Part shown: positions 42,907 through 43,233 of the stretch, one piece after another
How positions within the stretch are numbered: position 1 is the stretch's first letter
How the letters are laid out: each line of letters opens with the position of its first letter
Source: a virus
Taxonomy: Duplodnaviria > Caudoviricetes
Length of the DNA stretch: 43,233 bases
Virus record (IMG/VR): IMGVR_UViG_3300021379_001283
Span: 1-43,233 of that record
Strand: one strand, 5' to 3'
Notes under the pieces: model-generated
Databases searched by the model: none
The model's input: only the letters and a program-made list of their open reading frames with translations
Told to the model about the DNA's origin: nothing
Program-made: the position numbers and the translations under genes

Positions 42907-43233
42907 ATGTCTCATATCTTAAAAGAATATTCAAAGAATCTAGAAGTTGATCCAGCAAGACCTGTTATCAACAAGCATTACTATCCAGTAATGCCAGAAA
43001 AATACATTGTCATATATAACGAACAGTCAATAGAGGCAAAACGTTATCGCTATTACTCCTTAGCTATTGATTTAATTAAGAATCAACTTCACAGCTTGGG
43101 AATTAAAATTGTTCTTATTGGTTCTGGCGAAGACATGACTGATCGTGCTGACTTTGTTTATCCTAATTTAAACTTCCGAAAAAACGCTTACATTGTATCA
43201 AAAGCTGAACTTTTAATCTCTGTTGATAACGCG
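42907..43233 (+). CDS. GT9 (heptosyltransferase-like) C-terminal half; 3'-truncated by the window edge
   Basis: Not in the ORF track. Translates as MSHILKEYSK...KYIVIYN...KRYRYY...IVLIG...LNFRKNAYIVSKAELLISVDNA and is open to the window end. Confidence 0.7.
   Translation, partial: MSHILKEYSKNLEVDPARPVINKHYYPVMPEKYIVIYNEQSIEAKRYRYYSLAIDLIKNQLHSLGIKIVLIGSGEDMTDRADFVYPNLNFRKNAYIVSKAELLISVDNA

Noticed and set aside
1-43233. Bacterial chromosome, or use of an alternative genetic code
   Set aside because: Tail genes, dNMP kinase and compact divergent replication genes indicate a phage. Long ORFs tile the window in the standard code with TAA, TGA and TAG stops, so no recoding is needed.

Overview
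This is a gene-dense, AT-rich 43 kb segment of a large tailed dsDNA bacteriophage, probably a siphovirus-type tail and not a bacterial chromosome. It carries tail genes, a stand-alone replisome and a phage sigma factor, with no rRNA, tRNA or CRISPR array that I can see. From left to right: (1) 1-12.2 kb (+): tail and adhesin module with a BspA-type LRR protein (5'-truncated), a duplicated gpM/Dit-like protein with an inserted carbohydrate-binding module, two tail-tube-like paralogues and two FG-GAP beta-propeller adhesins. (2) 12.2-15.6 kb (-): FmdB-like protein, Hsp20 with an apparent sigma54 promoter and its own terminator, a GT4, SSB, a sigma factor and a dNMP kinase. (3) 15.6-16.0 kb: divergent intergenic region with ~17-18 bp periodic repeats, a candidate origin. 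(4) nrdB-nrdA. (5) 19.6-27.0 kb: glycosylation island with five GT-like genes, a 4,6-dehydratase, a C-methyltransferase, a reductase and Gmd, plus an A16 tract at the start of a GT47 gene. (6) 27-39 kb: RecA, nuclease, DnaB, DnaG, RecB/Cas4-like nuclease, a family C polymerase split into PHP, exonuclease and core genes, and ClpC. (7) 39-43 kb: APH-like kinase whose start codon sits in a long hairpin, a Whirly-like protein, and a GT4 fused to half of a GT9 whose other half is the next gene. All family assignments are from motif recognition by eye, and no database searches were run.
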